Positions 38,401 to 53,400 of a stretch of 64,000 nucleotides of DNA are shown in pieces (position 1 is the stretch's first letter; every line of letters begins with the position of its first letter). The stretch is from Balanoglossus misakiensis (Eukaryota > Animalia > Hemichordata), in the NCBI GenBank assembly GCA_040954595.2, contig CM082588.2:6212202-6276201 (forward strand), written 5' to 3'. The notes under the pieces are model-generated. The model searched no databases and was not told the DNA's origin. It worked only from the letters and a program-made list of their open reading frames with translations. Position numbers and translations under genes: made by a program.

Positions 38401-41400
38401 TGGTCAGCTCTTGGATCTTGGTTCTGTTCTCGATCACGTGCTTCTGATAGTCAACTCTCAGAGTCTGCGTCAAAAATGGAGAAGTTACAGTGTTTGAATT
38501 GACACAAACAGCAAATACTGGGCAAATCTCTGAACAGAGACACATATGGGCCTAAGGACACACCAGGATGCCATGTCATCTGAAATGATTAAGCTGACCC
38601 TGCTCCTTTAGTCAGTATTGTCCTAACAAAAGAGTACACGCACCCTGCTCCATAACAAAGACAACCATCCTCACCTGTAACTGCTCATCAATTTCCTGTG
38701 CATTGCCAAATTTGGGCGCTTGCAAAACCTTTTTTTCAAAATTAGACATCCACGTTCTCTCTTCCTCAAGAAGCTTCTTCAGAGTTCTCCAACACTCTGA
38801 TGCTTCATTCAAAATCTGAAATGATCAAAATTATTGGTATTGTTCTGGTATTTCTGCTGTAAAACATAAGACCCTCGATGTTTGGTAAGAACCAGGTATG
38901 AAAATGTAAACTCTGAAAACAACACCATTTTCACTGACCTTCCATCTCTCATTAACCTTCTCCTTAAGGTCATCCCATCTCTCATTCAAGATCTCCACTT
39001 CCCTGGCAAGAGTTTCTTTGACACTCGCTGCGGCTTGCAGTACGATGGGTTTCCCCATCTCGTTGATGGCTTCCACATCTTTCTCTTTCTCTTTCACTTC
39101 GTCTTGCACTTTCTGCATGGGGAGGAAGAAAAATTATGAGATGAAGGTGTTTTTTTCCATATACCCCTATAAGGTTTAAGCCGCACCATGGAAGACAGCA
39201 GGGTTGGTCCAAAGTACCAAAGTATGGTGTAATGAAAGGATATAATGGACGGGGCTACTGTCACTGTTTTTGTATATCAACTTGTTTCTTGCTTAATCAA
39301 GCATGTTGAAAATTCTAGTATTCAGCTGACACAGTTTATTTATGTAAATTTATATTATTATTACAGTTTTAGTTGCTACTTTACAGTTGCCAACTGACTC
39401 AAATACAGACATACCTTAACATAAATTTACGTCTGCAAATAAACAACAACTACAAGGCTGTGGAATGTGGTATGAGCCACACTCACCTGGTATTTCCTCA
39501 ACATCTTCTGTATATCAGCTGGATCCAAGATGTTCATCTCCTTCATGACGTACTCGCTCTCCGTATCGTCGATCCAGTCCATCAACTTCACCATGTCCTC
39601 CTTGAATGCCTTGCTCTTCTTCAAGGATTTCTCCAGCGTCTCTTTCTGCTCCTTGGCCAGCCGGTTGATTCTCTCCCAGCACTGGTTGAGCTGCGCCAAC
39701 ATGTCGGTGATCTTGGCGGCGTAGTCTGCCGCGCCGTCTTGCACCAACCGACTCCCTGTTTCGTTTACACTGTTCATGTTCGGTTGGAGGGTCTCGATGT
39801 CGTCTTTCAGAGCCTATGGAAGAAGGATGATCCCAAATATTATTCAGATGGACTGATAACTCGGATCTCTTACTAATTTCCAATTAAAGTCCAATTACAT
39901 GTTTCAAGGAGCAAAATTTTTCTCATATATGTGTATAGCGATCTTTCTGAATTCAAATAGCATGTTGGGACCACATGGCTATAAATATTACACTGGCCAT
40001 GAAATGCTAAATTCTAACTACTGCTAAGTAAAAGTAGGATTTTTCAATGACATCTGTAGACTTTGTTAACTTACGACACCCCCATAACCCAGTGTGCATG
40101 TCCAATTTTACCCATGAAAACAACTGGATGAATCTATCTTGTCACAGCCAGAGGTAGAACATTACAAGGAGGGACATACCTGACTCTGTTCCATCTGTGC
40201 TTCCAAAGTTTCAACATCTCCCAATGCTGCCTCCTCCACGTGCAAGAACACTTCCACATCTTTCATCCAGACCTGGATGCCATCCACTTCATCCTGCCAC
40301 TGTTTGACATCCGTCACAGCTTTGTCCAACTTTTCCCTCATCTCGTTGACCGACGTGCTGACCGCGGTCCAACTCTGGGTCAAGTTATCAAGGTCCGTCT
40401 TCAGAATCTCGGCTCTCTGAGCAGACGTAGCTTTCTTCACCAGCTCCGCGCCAGTTTTACAGACGTAGTCGTAGTTACCTTGCTGTTGTCTGATAGTCTG
40501 ATACAACTCCTGTAAACAAAAAAAAATTATATATCACAAATTTGCAGAGTATCAATTTAATATTTACTTTTACTTTCATTTGGTGAAGCAAAATTTTAGA
40601 ATAGATAATTTGCAATAGTCAAACACCTAACAAATTAACAGTAAATCAAATATGCAGAATTATGGTATTGCATGCAAATGTCTCATTAAATATGCAAAAC
40701 AATGTAAAATGTGCGCATAATCCCACCTGATACTTTTGTAGTTGATCTTCCAAGACATCTACCTCTGTGACCTGAAATTCCTCTGTTTGCAAAGCTGACT
40801 GCACATTATCAATCCATTCAGTTAAGGCCTTCATTGCTTCCAGATATTGTTTTGGGGGAGCGTTTTCTAGCGCCTCACTCAGCTCCTTTTCGCGCGAGTT
40901 CAACGCGACGAGCGTAGTCTCCCACGCCTGCAAGATGTTCTTCAGGTCGTTCTGCACTCGCTTGCTGGAGTCTGTGTTGAACGACGCCAGCTGGTTGGCG
41001 TGGCTTTGCGTCTTGTCTAATTTGTTCTTGTTGATGTTCAGGTCCTTCAACCTTGACTGGTGAAACAGGAAGATGGAGAGAGTGTTAGAGTATATGTACA
41101 TGCATCTGTTAAACTCTTTCACCCCTAGTTCCCTCTTTATAGGTCCAACCTTACCATAGGAAACAATGGGTTTGGGCTGAACCATTGTGGTGAAAGGGTT
41201 AACATTGATACATATGTAGTTATCAAAGGGGAGCCGGTGGCTCATAGCTGTCTATAATAATCTAAGAATCATGTTTCCAGTAGTAAGTAAAGGTTACTAG
41301 GTAAATGCTTTTGCCAACTACGGCTCACATCTACATTGCTGGTAAAGCAGAAACCACTTACTCTGCACTGATCAAGTTGATGTTTGATGTTCTGCGGATC

Positions 41401-44400
41401 CTCGCTTGGCGACTCCTGGTCATTCAGCCATCTTTGAACTGCCGACAATATTTCATCAACTTTATTGTAAAGATCGTAAAATTCCTTCGTCAGAGACGCT
41501 TCATGCAGGTTGACTTTCCGTTCCTCAAGTAATGTGCACACATCCTCCCAACGCTCGTTGAAGCTATCCAAGGTCTGCTCGATGACATCAGGTGTTTCGC
41601 CAACTAAAATACAGGAACATTTTTTTAATTTCTAACAACTACACACAGAGAAGAAATCTGTGAAAATGTAACTAGGTTATTTTTGGTAAAATGAGTAATA
41701 ATGTGAACTTTTTTACAGACAGAGAGAGACCAACCAATTTCGAAATGAGCACCTGTTTGGATACAAACATTTCAACCCACAACCTGATAATTTCAGTGAG
41801 AGGAAGGATGTTGGAACACATTCGTTTAGTGTCTGATTCTTGTCTTGTTATATGTTTCTGAAGTGAAAAGTCCCCACTACACCAACACTGATTTTAAAGT
41901 ACCCAGCTACTCCATAATGCACAGTGGTTATTTTCATTCTATTTTTTACATCACAAGACAGCCATGTTAGAGAATACCGCTATCAAACCCTGTTATTGAT
42001 TCTACAAAATACAATACCATTCTGCTAAAAGGTAATACTTTCTGTACCAGGAGATTAGTAGCTACCAAGAAAATCTTGCATCAGCTATCCAGTGTTGTGC
42101 CAATTTGACAAATGCTTGGAGGTAAACCATCTTTAGATTGCAAGGATTTTATTTATTTATGATAGGAAAATTTCAAACACTGAACTGGTCTAGCATTATG
42201 AAAAACACACTTCATCAAGTTCTATGAGTAAGTACAAACAACGAACTTTCAGATTTGAAGTAACTCATATGCTACTATAAATTCTTTGCCAATTACATGT
42301 ACATCATCATAGATGGCATTGGTAGAGCGCCACCAATAGTTAAACTAACATTCATCTTTGTTTTTATAAGTTCGTACGATGTGAAAATTTTGATGCAAAG
42401 TTTCCACAATGAATGGCCACCAAGCAGCTCTCAAACATCAGCACAATGGGGAGGACTAGCTTCGCCACATTCCTTTAAGTCCTAATTACACACCCTCTAA
42501 CTGAAATAGAGCGATCTACATACCCTGTGGCAACCACTGAGATGGGGAGAAACCATTGGTTAGAATGGGTAAAAGGTGATGTGACATGAGAGATGGGATG
42601 ACTTACGGTTAAGATGCACATGCTCGTTATCATTGTCACCTTTGGTAGGGGAGTTACTACCTGATCGTGTGGAGGCAATTAGCTGGTTGCCGAGCTCTGC
42701 AATCTTCTCTTTCTTCTTCTTGCGGTGTTTCAGATCTCTTTCAAGTGTCTGGAAAGGGCAGAAAATTGTAGACATTTGTTTTTATCACTGGCTCTATTCC
42801 AAGGAAATCTCTCGTTCTCATGTAAATACTGCAATGACACTCATATACAGATATACTTGAAAAAAATATTTCCTTGCCTGGGCTTATACATAGAAAGCTG
42901 CCTTTGCAATCATTTTCAATACACTAGCCATAATATATAAAAGCTTAACACTTTCACCCCCAGTTGCCTATATAGAGGTCCAACTTTACCATAGAGAACA
43001 ACAGATTTGGACCAAACCATGGTGGTGAAAGGGTTAAACAAGGTACAGTTTGGATGGGATAGATGGGAATAAATGCAAGGAACAACTTATAAGAAAAAAC
43101 AAGACAATACCCTGTAGACTTCCATTTGCACTTCCGGATCTCCGGCCTCCGGAGAGACCACTTCCGGAGACAGCAGCTTCTGTTCCGTGTCGTCCATCCA
43201 GGCCACCAGATTTCCCAGCTCGCCGTCAAATTCCTTCTTCAGCTGACTGGACATGTGGGGTTTCTTGGGCGGTGGGGGCTCCAATTCCGTGGTCTTTTCC
43301 GTGACCGTCGTCCGTTCCACCGGCCCTTCCTTGCTCATGTGCACCGTTTTGGTGATGGTCTTTGTGATGACCGTCTCCGTGATGGTCTTTCCGCCGTCCG
43401 TGTACGTCTTTGTCACAACGTCCTCGCTGGGTCCTCCTTCCGTCGGATAGGTGACACCAGATGCCATCTTCAAGGACAAAAATTAAAATTTATTCAGAAT
43501 ATAAACATTCAAATCAGTGACATATTTAATGAAGGAAGCTATGCAAATCTTCCCAATTTTAGTGATTTAAAAGGTGGTCAATACTCGCTTCAGGAGATCA
43601 GTAATTTAAGCCACGAAAAATTACAGAAAATTCAAAAAATGTTCCTACTTTGCACCAAATTATCTTCAATGCAAGCTGCTGTCTTTAACATCATTCTTGT
43701 GATATTGCAGCACTATTTTGCAAGCTCAAAGTAAAAAAACCGAGGCTGAACCAAATTCCTCTTTTTTTCCAGAATATTCATTTTTAAAAGAAATTTACAG
43801 GATTTTAGAACATCTCCTTACCTGTTTACTCTGTTCTTCCATCTGTTGGACGATCACGTCCCAGCGTTTCATGAAATGTTCAAGTTGTTCCTGGATGTTC
43901 TCGGCCACAGCGTTGTTCCTCTCCAGATAGTTGACAACTTCCTGTGCGCTGCGGTTCAGATTGGCGAATTTGGTGTGTTGCCTCTCGAGGTCTTGCTCCA
44001 ACATCTGTTGGAAAACAAAACAAAGAGTGGGATGATATTCTGTCACAAGGGGGCGCATGTTTGAGCAGTGAATAAGACATGTATGATTTCATTCGATAAC
44101 ACAGAATGTTTGGTTAACATTAGAAAACATCAGACTGGATGAATTATTCAGTAAATGCGTCTAGAACAAGTGCTGCACAGATATCAAAAATCTCTAACCC
44201 ATCACTATAGTTTGGTCCAAATCTGACATTTTTAACCGTAGGTTGGAATACTACAAATGAAACAAGGGGTCAAAGGGCTATACTGTACAGGGGCTCAGGG
44301 AAAATATCAGTACTCTGTAAAACAATGCATGCAGTATATCTCATGGATTTCTGTAAATTTTTGATAATTCCCAAACGATCACTCGAGCTGGTATGTTTTC

Positions 44401-47400
44401 GGCACAAATTCTGGGTTGGGTCACAGGAAAAGCGAGATTGTTTTCACCACATTTCACCAAATCCTGAAGGTATGGGCACACTTCCAAATGCAAACCGCAC
44501 ATGGGTCTCGAGAGCATTCCTGTGTTAATTTATCACCGCCCACGTTTATACACACACCTTCAGCGTCTTGACACGGGACACCACATCGCTCTGGTCGCGG
44601 ATCACCACCTCTCGCATCTCCGTCAAGATCTTCTCCTTCTCGCTCAACCAGTCGCTGAACTTGGTCGTCTCCTCGCTGAAATGCTGCCATTTCGTCAACA
44701 CCTCCTGCAGGACTAGCCACCGCTGTTCCGTCCACTGGCAAACCTTGGCCCATCGCTCTCCCAGCCTCTGTAGCTGCTCCTCCAGAGCTTGAGTTGCTAG
44801 GGGCGTGAGGAAAATAAACACAGTCAGTGAACAGTTGCTAGGGTGGTGAGGAAAGTGAAGAGTATAAAACTTTCTTAGTAACTAGTAAATGTCCTTAGTG
44901 AGTTAGTCCTTCACTCTGTATCCCTGCTTGTCTGTCTGTCTGGCTGTCTGTCTCTCTCTCTCTGCCTGCCTCCACCTTTCTCAATTTGCTTCTATTTTCA
45001 ATGTTCAATATATTCAATGTTTGTCTGCCTGTCTGTCTTTTCTTCCATCTGTCACTGAAAATCCACTCAGCATCTTTGCTCTCCAAGTGAAAACAAGGAA
45101 CAAACAGAAAGTATAGCTGACTGCTTCAATCTACAGCCAGTTCTCATGTCCCTTGAAGGTATTTCAAGCTACGGTGTTATCATCAAACATCTCTGCATTC
45201 CAACACACCTCTCTACATCATTTCCTTTCCCCCACAACACACAAACTCCACATTCCTCAATTCCTCAACCATGTTAAAACATCCTCTGTCGCTTTATAAA
45301 CATGTGTTACTCTAAAATTCCCAACTGATAAAAAAAAACTTCCTTTCATTTTTTTTTTGCTTCACGCATCAACTTACCATTTTCAGGACTATTTTCGTCG
45401 ACCACGACAACCATGTGAGTGAGAGAATTAACTTTGATCTGTTCGCCTTCTAGTTCTTCTTGGAATTCCTGCGATGGAAAGAAACAAAAATGTGCATATT
45501 TGAGTGATAGTTCTGATTTCATGCAGTTTTCAATTAAAGCCATTTATATGCTGTTTACATTTCTTGCAATAAAACCAGCTCAATTGTATGACAAAGCGAA
45601 ACCATCACATTCATGTGATCGTACTATATACATTTGATTTTTTTCAAAACAAAATTCCAAAGAGCATGTTCCATTTCCCTTGTTTCGGTTCCGAGACTAT
45701 TTTAAGAGGGTATGCAGACAGTGTTATCGAGATTTATAGACAGACTAGCAAATCCTAATTTCCGAGTGGACTGGCCATAAAGGAAGTAGTCCTTTTTTTA
45801 ACCACAGTTTTCCACCCAAGTTTTACTAATCAGGTTCAGACTGGGGAGTTGATAGCAGCCTTTAATAAGTAGGCAGAGAATTGCCGCTGGCTCAAAATAA
45901 TCAAAGTGAAGTGAACACACTGTGTCTGAGCACAGCCAGATTAGTTTGATCCGGGAATAAGTGGGTTTAGGTCCAACTGAAAATTGGAGTGTTGATACTT
46001 TAAAAAACACCAAGTATGGTGCTTAGGGTGTTTCAAAAAGAGCAAAAAATAGTCCATTTGTATAGCAGGCAACTGTGTATTTTCAGAAACAAAAGATTGG
46101 ATGCACCCTTTACCTCTATTGGAATTGTCACTGTACACTGACATAGACAATAGTTTTTCTGCCGACCTCTGACATCACTGAAGTTTTCATCTTCACAGGA
46201 TCCATAGACTTAACTGTCTTCACTTCTCTATTTCCAATTAACTGTATTACTATATGCTCACCTTATGTTGTTGAACCTGTTTCCTGACATCTTCTAAAGT
46301 AGCACCAATAGTATTTTGTTTTGCAATTTTATCTTCCATCAGAGACAGCCACTCGTCAAGGTCATCCAACTGGGCTTGTTGTAACGTCATCAGCTTTTCA
46401 TGTAAACTGCAGGAAACGAGAAATTGAAACTGTCAGTTTAGAAAATGTAACAACTTTCGATTTCTATGTATTTAGTGAATTTTTTCCTGTTGTCTATTGT
46501 CAAAATTACATGTGATGTCATAAATTCACAATATATGGCATCACTAAAACCCTTTCACTGCCATGGTTCATTCCAAACCCATTGTTTCCTATGGTAACGT
46601 TGGACCTCTCTAGAGGGAACTGGGGGTGAAAGGGTTAAATACACCATAACTCTTTCACATCTGTTGGTGAGCAACTGATACACTTTCAAAAACAAGTTTC
46701 AACCTTTGGAAAGGTTATCTATGTCAACCAACCATTAATCATTGCCAAGTGTCAAATTTGCGAATATGAAGCCACTTTGCTCAACAACTTGAAACGACTT
46801 CCTCAGCTTGCCAGACAAAAGCGAATCAGCCAATCATAATAACCCTTTTTGTCTGCATCCACCACACTGACCAATCACAACCCCTGTTACTTACTCGCTT
46901 TGCCTCTGCATGGAATCGACTCGCAGATGTTCCCACCTGGTGTTCAACAGACTCATCTGTTCCCTGATTTCGTTCTCCTCGTCTTCCGACACTTTCCCTT
47001 CCAGAATGAGGTAATTTCCTTCTTGTAAGACAGCACCGACGTTTCCTTGATGAGATGTGAGTTCCATCATAAACTCCTGAGTGGCGAAAGAGGAAACATT
47101 TCAGGATATTAGTGCACCGCTGATCATACAAGTAATCTAATTGGCTGATGCAGCTCATCTGAAGCAAATCAGCCTAAAACCAACCAATAATAAAAAGCCT
47201 TGTTGTCCATGTCCCGTAAAAGAAAATGGCACCGTTATTTGGTTCATAAACTCGCTGACCAGTAGCAACTGTTGTTAGAGATGTTACACAGATGAGATCT
47301 TGGGATTCAGTGAACAATGATTGATTGTTATCACACCTCTTTCCCTTTTTCTCAGAGATACACTGAGCTGTGTAAAACATCACTGCGTCTCCAGGGGAAT

Positions 47401-50400
47401 TCACACACAAATTGGACATATGAGAATCCATCACTGGTACCGAGAAACAAATTGAAAATTCTTCCGAGGAGAATACTTTGTGTGACAGAGCTATTTGATT
47501 GTTTTTGTTTCATTTAAGAATCTGCAGAGAATTTTCTCAGTGATATCTACAGCAGTACTGGTCACATTAGTAAAACTAACCTCGTTCTATAAATCAATAA
47601 TAATTATTATTCTAATAATAATTTTACTGATAATTATATTGATCTGCAACATAATCCACTTCCTTCTTAATACCGGTATATTTTACATTTGAAACAAAAA
47701 TAAACAGACCATTTTCGTGCCAAATATGTTCACATGAAATCCCCACACATAGTATCCTGTAAGAACCATGCACAATTTACAGCTTCAAACCCACTCACCC
47801 CTACACTCACTAGAGAATGGTACAACCCAATCCCCACAGATCACAAAACATCCCTGTAAGCTTCAGGGAATTGACCCAGGGAGCAGAATTTGCAATTTTT
47901 GTTTGTCTAAGAGAACACATCACATTTAACAGTGAAGAGATCAATCCCGAAAACACTACAGTTGTCAGAGTGCTTTTCAGTGATTACTGCGACATCTACA
48001 TCCAAAATAAATTTCCACCGACTTGTTTTATAGCCGTAATTAAGTACACTTCGAGCAAACTAATGGCTCTGCTGACACACTTGCATAAAGGTTAGCGTTT
48101 ATCCTACAAGGATGAAAAAACGACACACCATCACTTTTTTATAGAACAGTAATGGAAATTTATCACTTCTCATAATGGAGACCGACTTACTCTTCTTATA
48201 TTTGTCTACCCTTTGACCTCTGGCAGCCATCATCATTCTACTCTCATTTTTCATTTTTTCATCATGGGGCGTTATAAATACGACAAAATGCAAACGTCGG
48301 GACTATAATTTGTTTATATGACCAAGTTTGCAAAAAAATGTTGATTTTTGGGGGGTACAACAAAAATTTTCAGACAGAATACTGCATTAATCGTAGTAGG
48401 TAGTGGCGACTGCAGTGAGGTTTGCGCTGGTATAGGAGGACATATTCTCATCAAGGGGGACACCCGCATGGCGTGTCGACCCCTTCCCTTTAACAGAACC
48501 TAGTTAGTTCCTTTGGTGTTCGATAATAGACAGCTTTTATTGTATCACCAATGGAACAACGGTGTGTGTGTCTCACCTCATGTGCATGAAATTGTTCCTT
48601 GACTTTATCAACGTCGTCTGACACAGGTTCCTGGGCGGTCAGTGTGTCTTCAGCCTGTAGCAGCCATGTCAACACATTCTCCAAGTCCGTCTGGTATCTC
48701 AGCAGGTCTGACTGGTCGCTGGATTCCTGAGTGAAAATCGATTTATTACAGATTTAGCAAATTCCATCGCAAATAAATCAGACACAGTAAAATACACCGA
48801 CTGTACCAACATCACTATTCATCCACCACTAATGGTTCATCTAGTTTTTCACAATGCTAAAATTTGTCAGTTTTGGTTGAAAATACACATTATCGTGCAC
48901 TGTTACATAACTGGGGGAAAAATTGCATACATTTCTGTATGCAGGTTTTCATTTGGCCTTGTTCGATTAATACTCATTAATAAACCTGTAATTATGTTTC
49001 TCACAATTTTAATTGCATCATATTTCAGACACTATTCAAATTCGGATTGATCGGTCCTGACAACAGATTAGCTTCTCCTGATGTCTCGAGGTGAGACAAT
49101 GTCATGTCTGTTTCCTAGCAACAAGAGCCGCGCCACACCCCAGGGAGCGAGCCCTGCCCCTTTCAAGCCGACGGTCTTTACATTACAAGCGATGCGAAAT
49201 CCCACGTCAGTGGTTACGACATCACTCTGACATCGCAAAACCTACTGACTTGGCCCCTGCGTTTGACAAGCAATCACAACTGACACCATTCGGCTGGCCA
49301 AACCTAATTATCGCTCACATTACTGACAAAAAAAACGAATAACGCAGGCAAGAAATGACGGCCTATACACACCTGGGTTTCTAATTCTATACAGAGCAAG
49401 ACTACGCAGTTCGTTTTATAAATTGAACACGTTTCGCGCTCACATTGCAAATACAGTCAATCCCCAAGAGCTTTCCAGTGCATATTCTTAAACGAAACTG
49501 CTTTCTGTATCAACACACTGATCAATATCACGAACAATTGCACATTTGTTAGGCTCCAATATAACATATACATTAGACATTTCAATATTTCAAAAGGTGT
49601 ATCAGACATTTTCACAATTCAAAGACACATTGATTGCTATGGTGTGATTGTAACCTTTGAGTCAAAAATAATGAAGATTTGTACAAGAATTCTTTTGGAG
49701 AGTCATATCATTTATTCATAGAGTGCAAGGCTTTCTATCAGGTTTTCCGTCTGATATATGAAACTGTGTGGAAGATTATTCTGAATGAAAAACTGGGGGA
49801 ATTAATTTTTTCTCTCTTTATGATTTAAGATACAAGCTTTATGTGTGTGGGTCAGTACTTTCTTTCGTGAAATGAACAGACGTGTACATGTAACAGCAAA
49901 ACATACATTATGACGTGGCGTACTAAAACACTGATAAAATACATAGAAACATACAAAATACACTCAACATAACAATACAGTTACACTCAAAAAGTATTAT
50001 ATCGAAATACCTCTATGCTATTTAAAGAAATCAGGATTTCAGAACACACAGAGTAGATATACTGTTAGTGTGCATTAGTCAGAAACATGCTCGGGACATC
50101 CGACGTTAGAATACTTTCCGTGCACATTAACCGTCTGATTCGAAACCATCCATGTGGAAATATCACACTACGCAAAATGTCATTGCCATTTGGAAAAAAG
50201 CAAACACACAATTTCAGGAGATTCTTAATCCGCAACTTAACACCTCGGGCTTCACTAATGGACATCATTAATCCCTGCAAAAGTGACATCAAAATAAGCT
50301 TGCATGATTTAAATCTTGTGTAAGCCAGCCTTCAAACCGTATAAAGACGAGAGCCTCACTCGAGGCAAATGATGTAATTCAGAGAACGTCTCTTTATTCT

Positions 50401-53400
50401 GCATTTTAACCATCATTAATGAGATGGAGAGAACCATTATTTGATTATATGACACAATTTCTACCCCTTCATATTTGCACATGCATATCCCCACCCATCC
50501 CAACATGTTTCAGCACTTAGCATCTAGAATGACAATTTCACGTTTTCCAAGATCTGCAAAAGAGCACCCATTTTTACCACAATTTCCTAGACACACTTAA
50601 ATACCAAGAGACACCTGCCTCCCTCGTAATGTTTTCAGAACGATTTTTTAAAGTACCTCTGTTTTTCTAAGCTAAATTGCCTCCCCATCAATACTGAGCC
50701 ATCCAGCAATCAAATTAACTTGTCCTAATTCAGTCAATGATTCCAGGAAGTCATTTATATTTACGCGGGATCAATTTACCTTGGCATTTAAATCTCAGTT
50801 ACTGGTATTATGAGAAACGATTAATATTCTCAAATAAGGAGTCAGCGTGGGGGAAAATTCCAAATTTTACAAACAGAAGTAGACTAGAGACATATTTCGA
50901 GTAACCAAAGAAGGAATTTTAGCAAAACCTGTTAAAACTCATAAAATCACATAAAATATTCCTAGCGATAGAAACCCATGCATTGACAAACGATGCCCAA
51001 ATAAATAAACGTCTACTGGAATTTCTGTCTTGCTAAATATCTTGATAATCACAAACCTTCGGATTGCCACGCGGTGGTACAAACGACACGAAAGTGGTCG
51101 TCGCAGCGACCGTTTCCCGGGTAACCGTTTGTCTCCCCTGGGCGGGAGGAGGCGGCACGAGTCGTTCTTGCGAAGGTGCTCGGGTTTGTGGTGGAGGTGG
51201 GCTCTGGGTGGATCCAGACAGAGTGGAGGAAAGAAAGGTACGCAGGCGGGAACAAAGAGATGACAGATGGATAATGAGATGTTAGCGAGATGCTAATTAG
51301 ATGCTAATTAGATATTCCGACAGGGTTAAAGGTGAAGTGTCTGATTCATGAATGACTAAGAAAAAAAAGATAGATGAGTCATTCAATATCTAATATACTT
51401 CAAGTCACTTTGCAATCATTTTCCCGCCACAGCTCATTGACAGTGATCTCTCCAATGATTTTTGAATTTATAAAACATCCCCATAAAATTGGTTATATCG
51501 CAAAAAGTGATGAAACCGAGTGCGGCACTATACATTCACTGAAACAAAATGAGCAGCGGCACTTAATTAGAAAGTAGTAAGATGGAATATGTCCTGACGT
51601 GACATTTTATCAATACGCAGATCAGGCAGCTTTACAGGGGGACACACGCATTTTCACTAAACACTGCAGGGCTATTAATGGTAATCAAATGCTTTGGCAG
51701 AGAGGTGGCCTATTCCATGCACAGCACGTCCAGGGGAGAGGTGGAATGCTATCAGATCAGAGGTGTTGCCGGGATTGAATTGTTACATGTTAGTCGAGAA
51801 AACATTGATTACAATTAATACGAATTGTTAACAGAACACGTTGAGGGAATAAACACATGACATCCAGAACCGAAACCTCCTTGTGGGTAAATTTATTTCC
51901 TTTTCTAAGAGATTATGATTTTTTGCTTTAAGAAAAGTATTGATTATTTATCATATTTCCTCAAGTCCATTAAATGTTCATCTTTAGAAACCATCACTGC
52001 ATCAGTGATCCTGTATGCCGTATCTGTGCTCTGTATCATCCTACATGCATACCACCATATTACACACCTGAGACAGATCAATTGACCCTTGACACGAACT
52101 CTGACCTGTGAACTCTAACCTACCAGTAACTGGGATTCCGTGGCAACTGCGGGTTCTTGGAGGGCCGGCGCTTCTTCCACTTGGATTTTCTGATGCGGCA
52201 GAACTTGGAAAAAACACATCAGGTACATCATCACCGATTTCTTGTCTGGTTGCTCACAGTTCACATCTGAGAAAAATAAAAGGCATTGATACATTAGATG
52301 TTTTCACGTTTAAACTGCCAGGGGCTAGAAATAATTAGGCTAATCAACTAAAAGGAAAAGTTATATGAAACAAGAGTGTGGTTATGAATATTTGGGAGAA
52401 ACAAGTTTATTGGCTGACGTTTGTGGCTTGTCAATTGTTAGGTACATTTTAGTGTAATTCTGTATAAAAAATTGTTAGAGTTTGATGTAGGTATGTATAG
52501 GGGCTGGAACTATGATGTCATACATAATGATGTCAATAGCTGCGATGTCATTGGCTGTTACAGCATAAGCTGTGCTTTCATTGGCTGACACGGCTGGCTG
52601 TCATGCCATTGGATGTCATGGCATTTCTTTGAATTGGCTGCCACGCCATTGGCTACAGTGATATGGTAGGGGTACAAGGGTACAGGTCCCCTCTAGAAAG
52701 AGTACCCTCTCGCTGTGATCAATATCTTCTCATTTGACAAGATCTCTTCTGACAGAGCACACTCACACCATCAAAACCCTGACATGCAGAAACAAACATC
52801 AAGAACAGTTCCATCACCTTGATGTTTATCTCAGCCATGACAGTAACAGGCCCAATGCCACTTATCATGGCCGGCCAGCCAAACACAGCCCACAGGGTCA
52901 GCTAATGGATTCTATATGTAGAAGCCAAGGCCGTGGCTGAGTTTTTGAAATCAGATTATCAGATCTGAGCTGAGTGTGAATCTAAATCCGACACTAATTG
53001 ACACTGAAAACCGTGTTCTTATAGATACATGTATGTGTGTTTTCACCGACAGAGTAATGTTTCTCAACCTCCAGGCTATGAAACACAATCATTATCAGCT
53101 GATTATATCCAGACCACTTTCTTTTCACAGGCACCATATTCCTATACTTTACACAGGGCTCAAACTTTCCCAGTTGTTATAATGTTAGAAATACTGTATG
53201 CACTCAAACCTTGTTTCAAGAAAGAAAAGAATAGAACAAAGTAGTCTTTGTTCAATTCTTTTTTGGGTGCAAAACCATTGTGTAAACTTGTGGAATAGTG
53301 CTCATCCTTGAGGAAGTTTGACATCTGTTGATCCGAATTATCCTTGAAAATTCTTAAATAGTCGGGAATTCTAAGTGGTTCTTAAGTGCGTGTACCTTGT

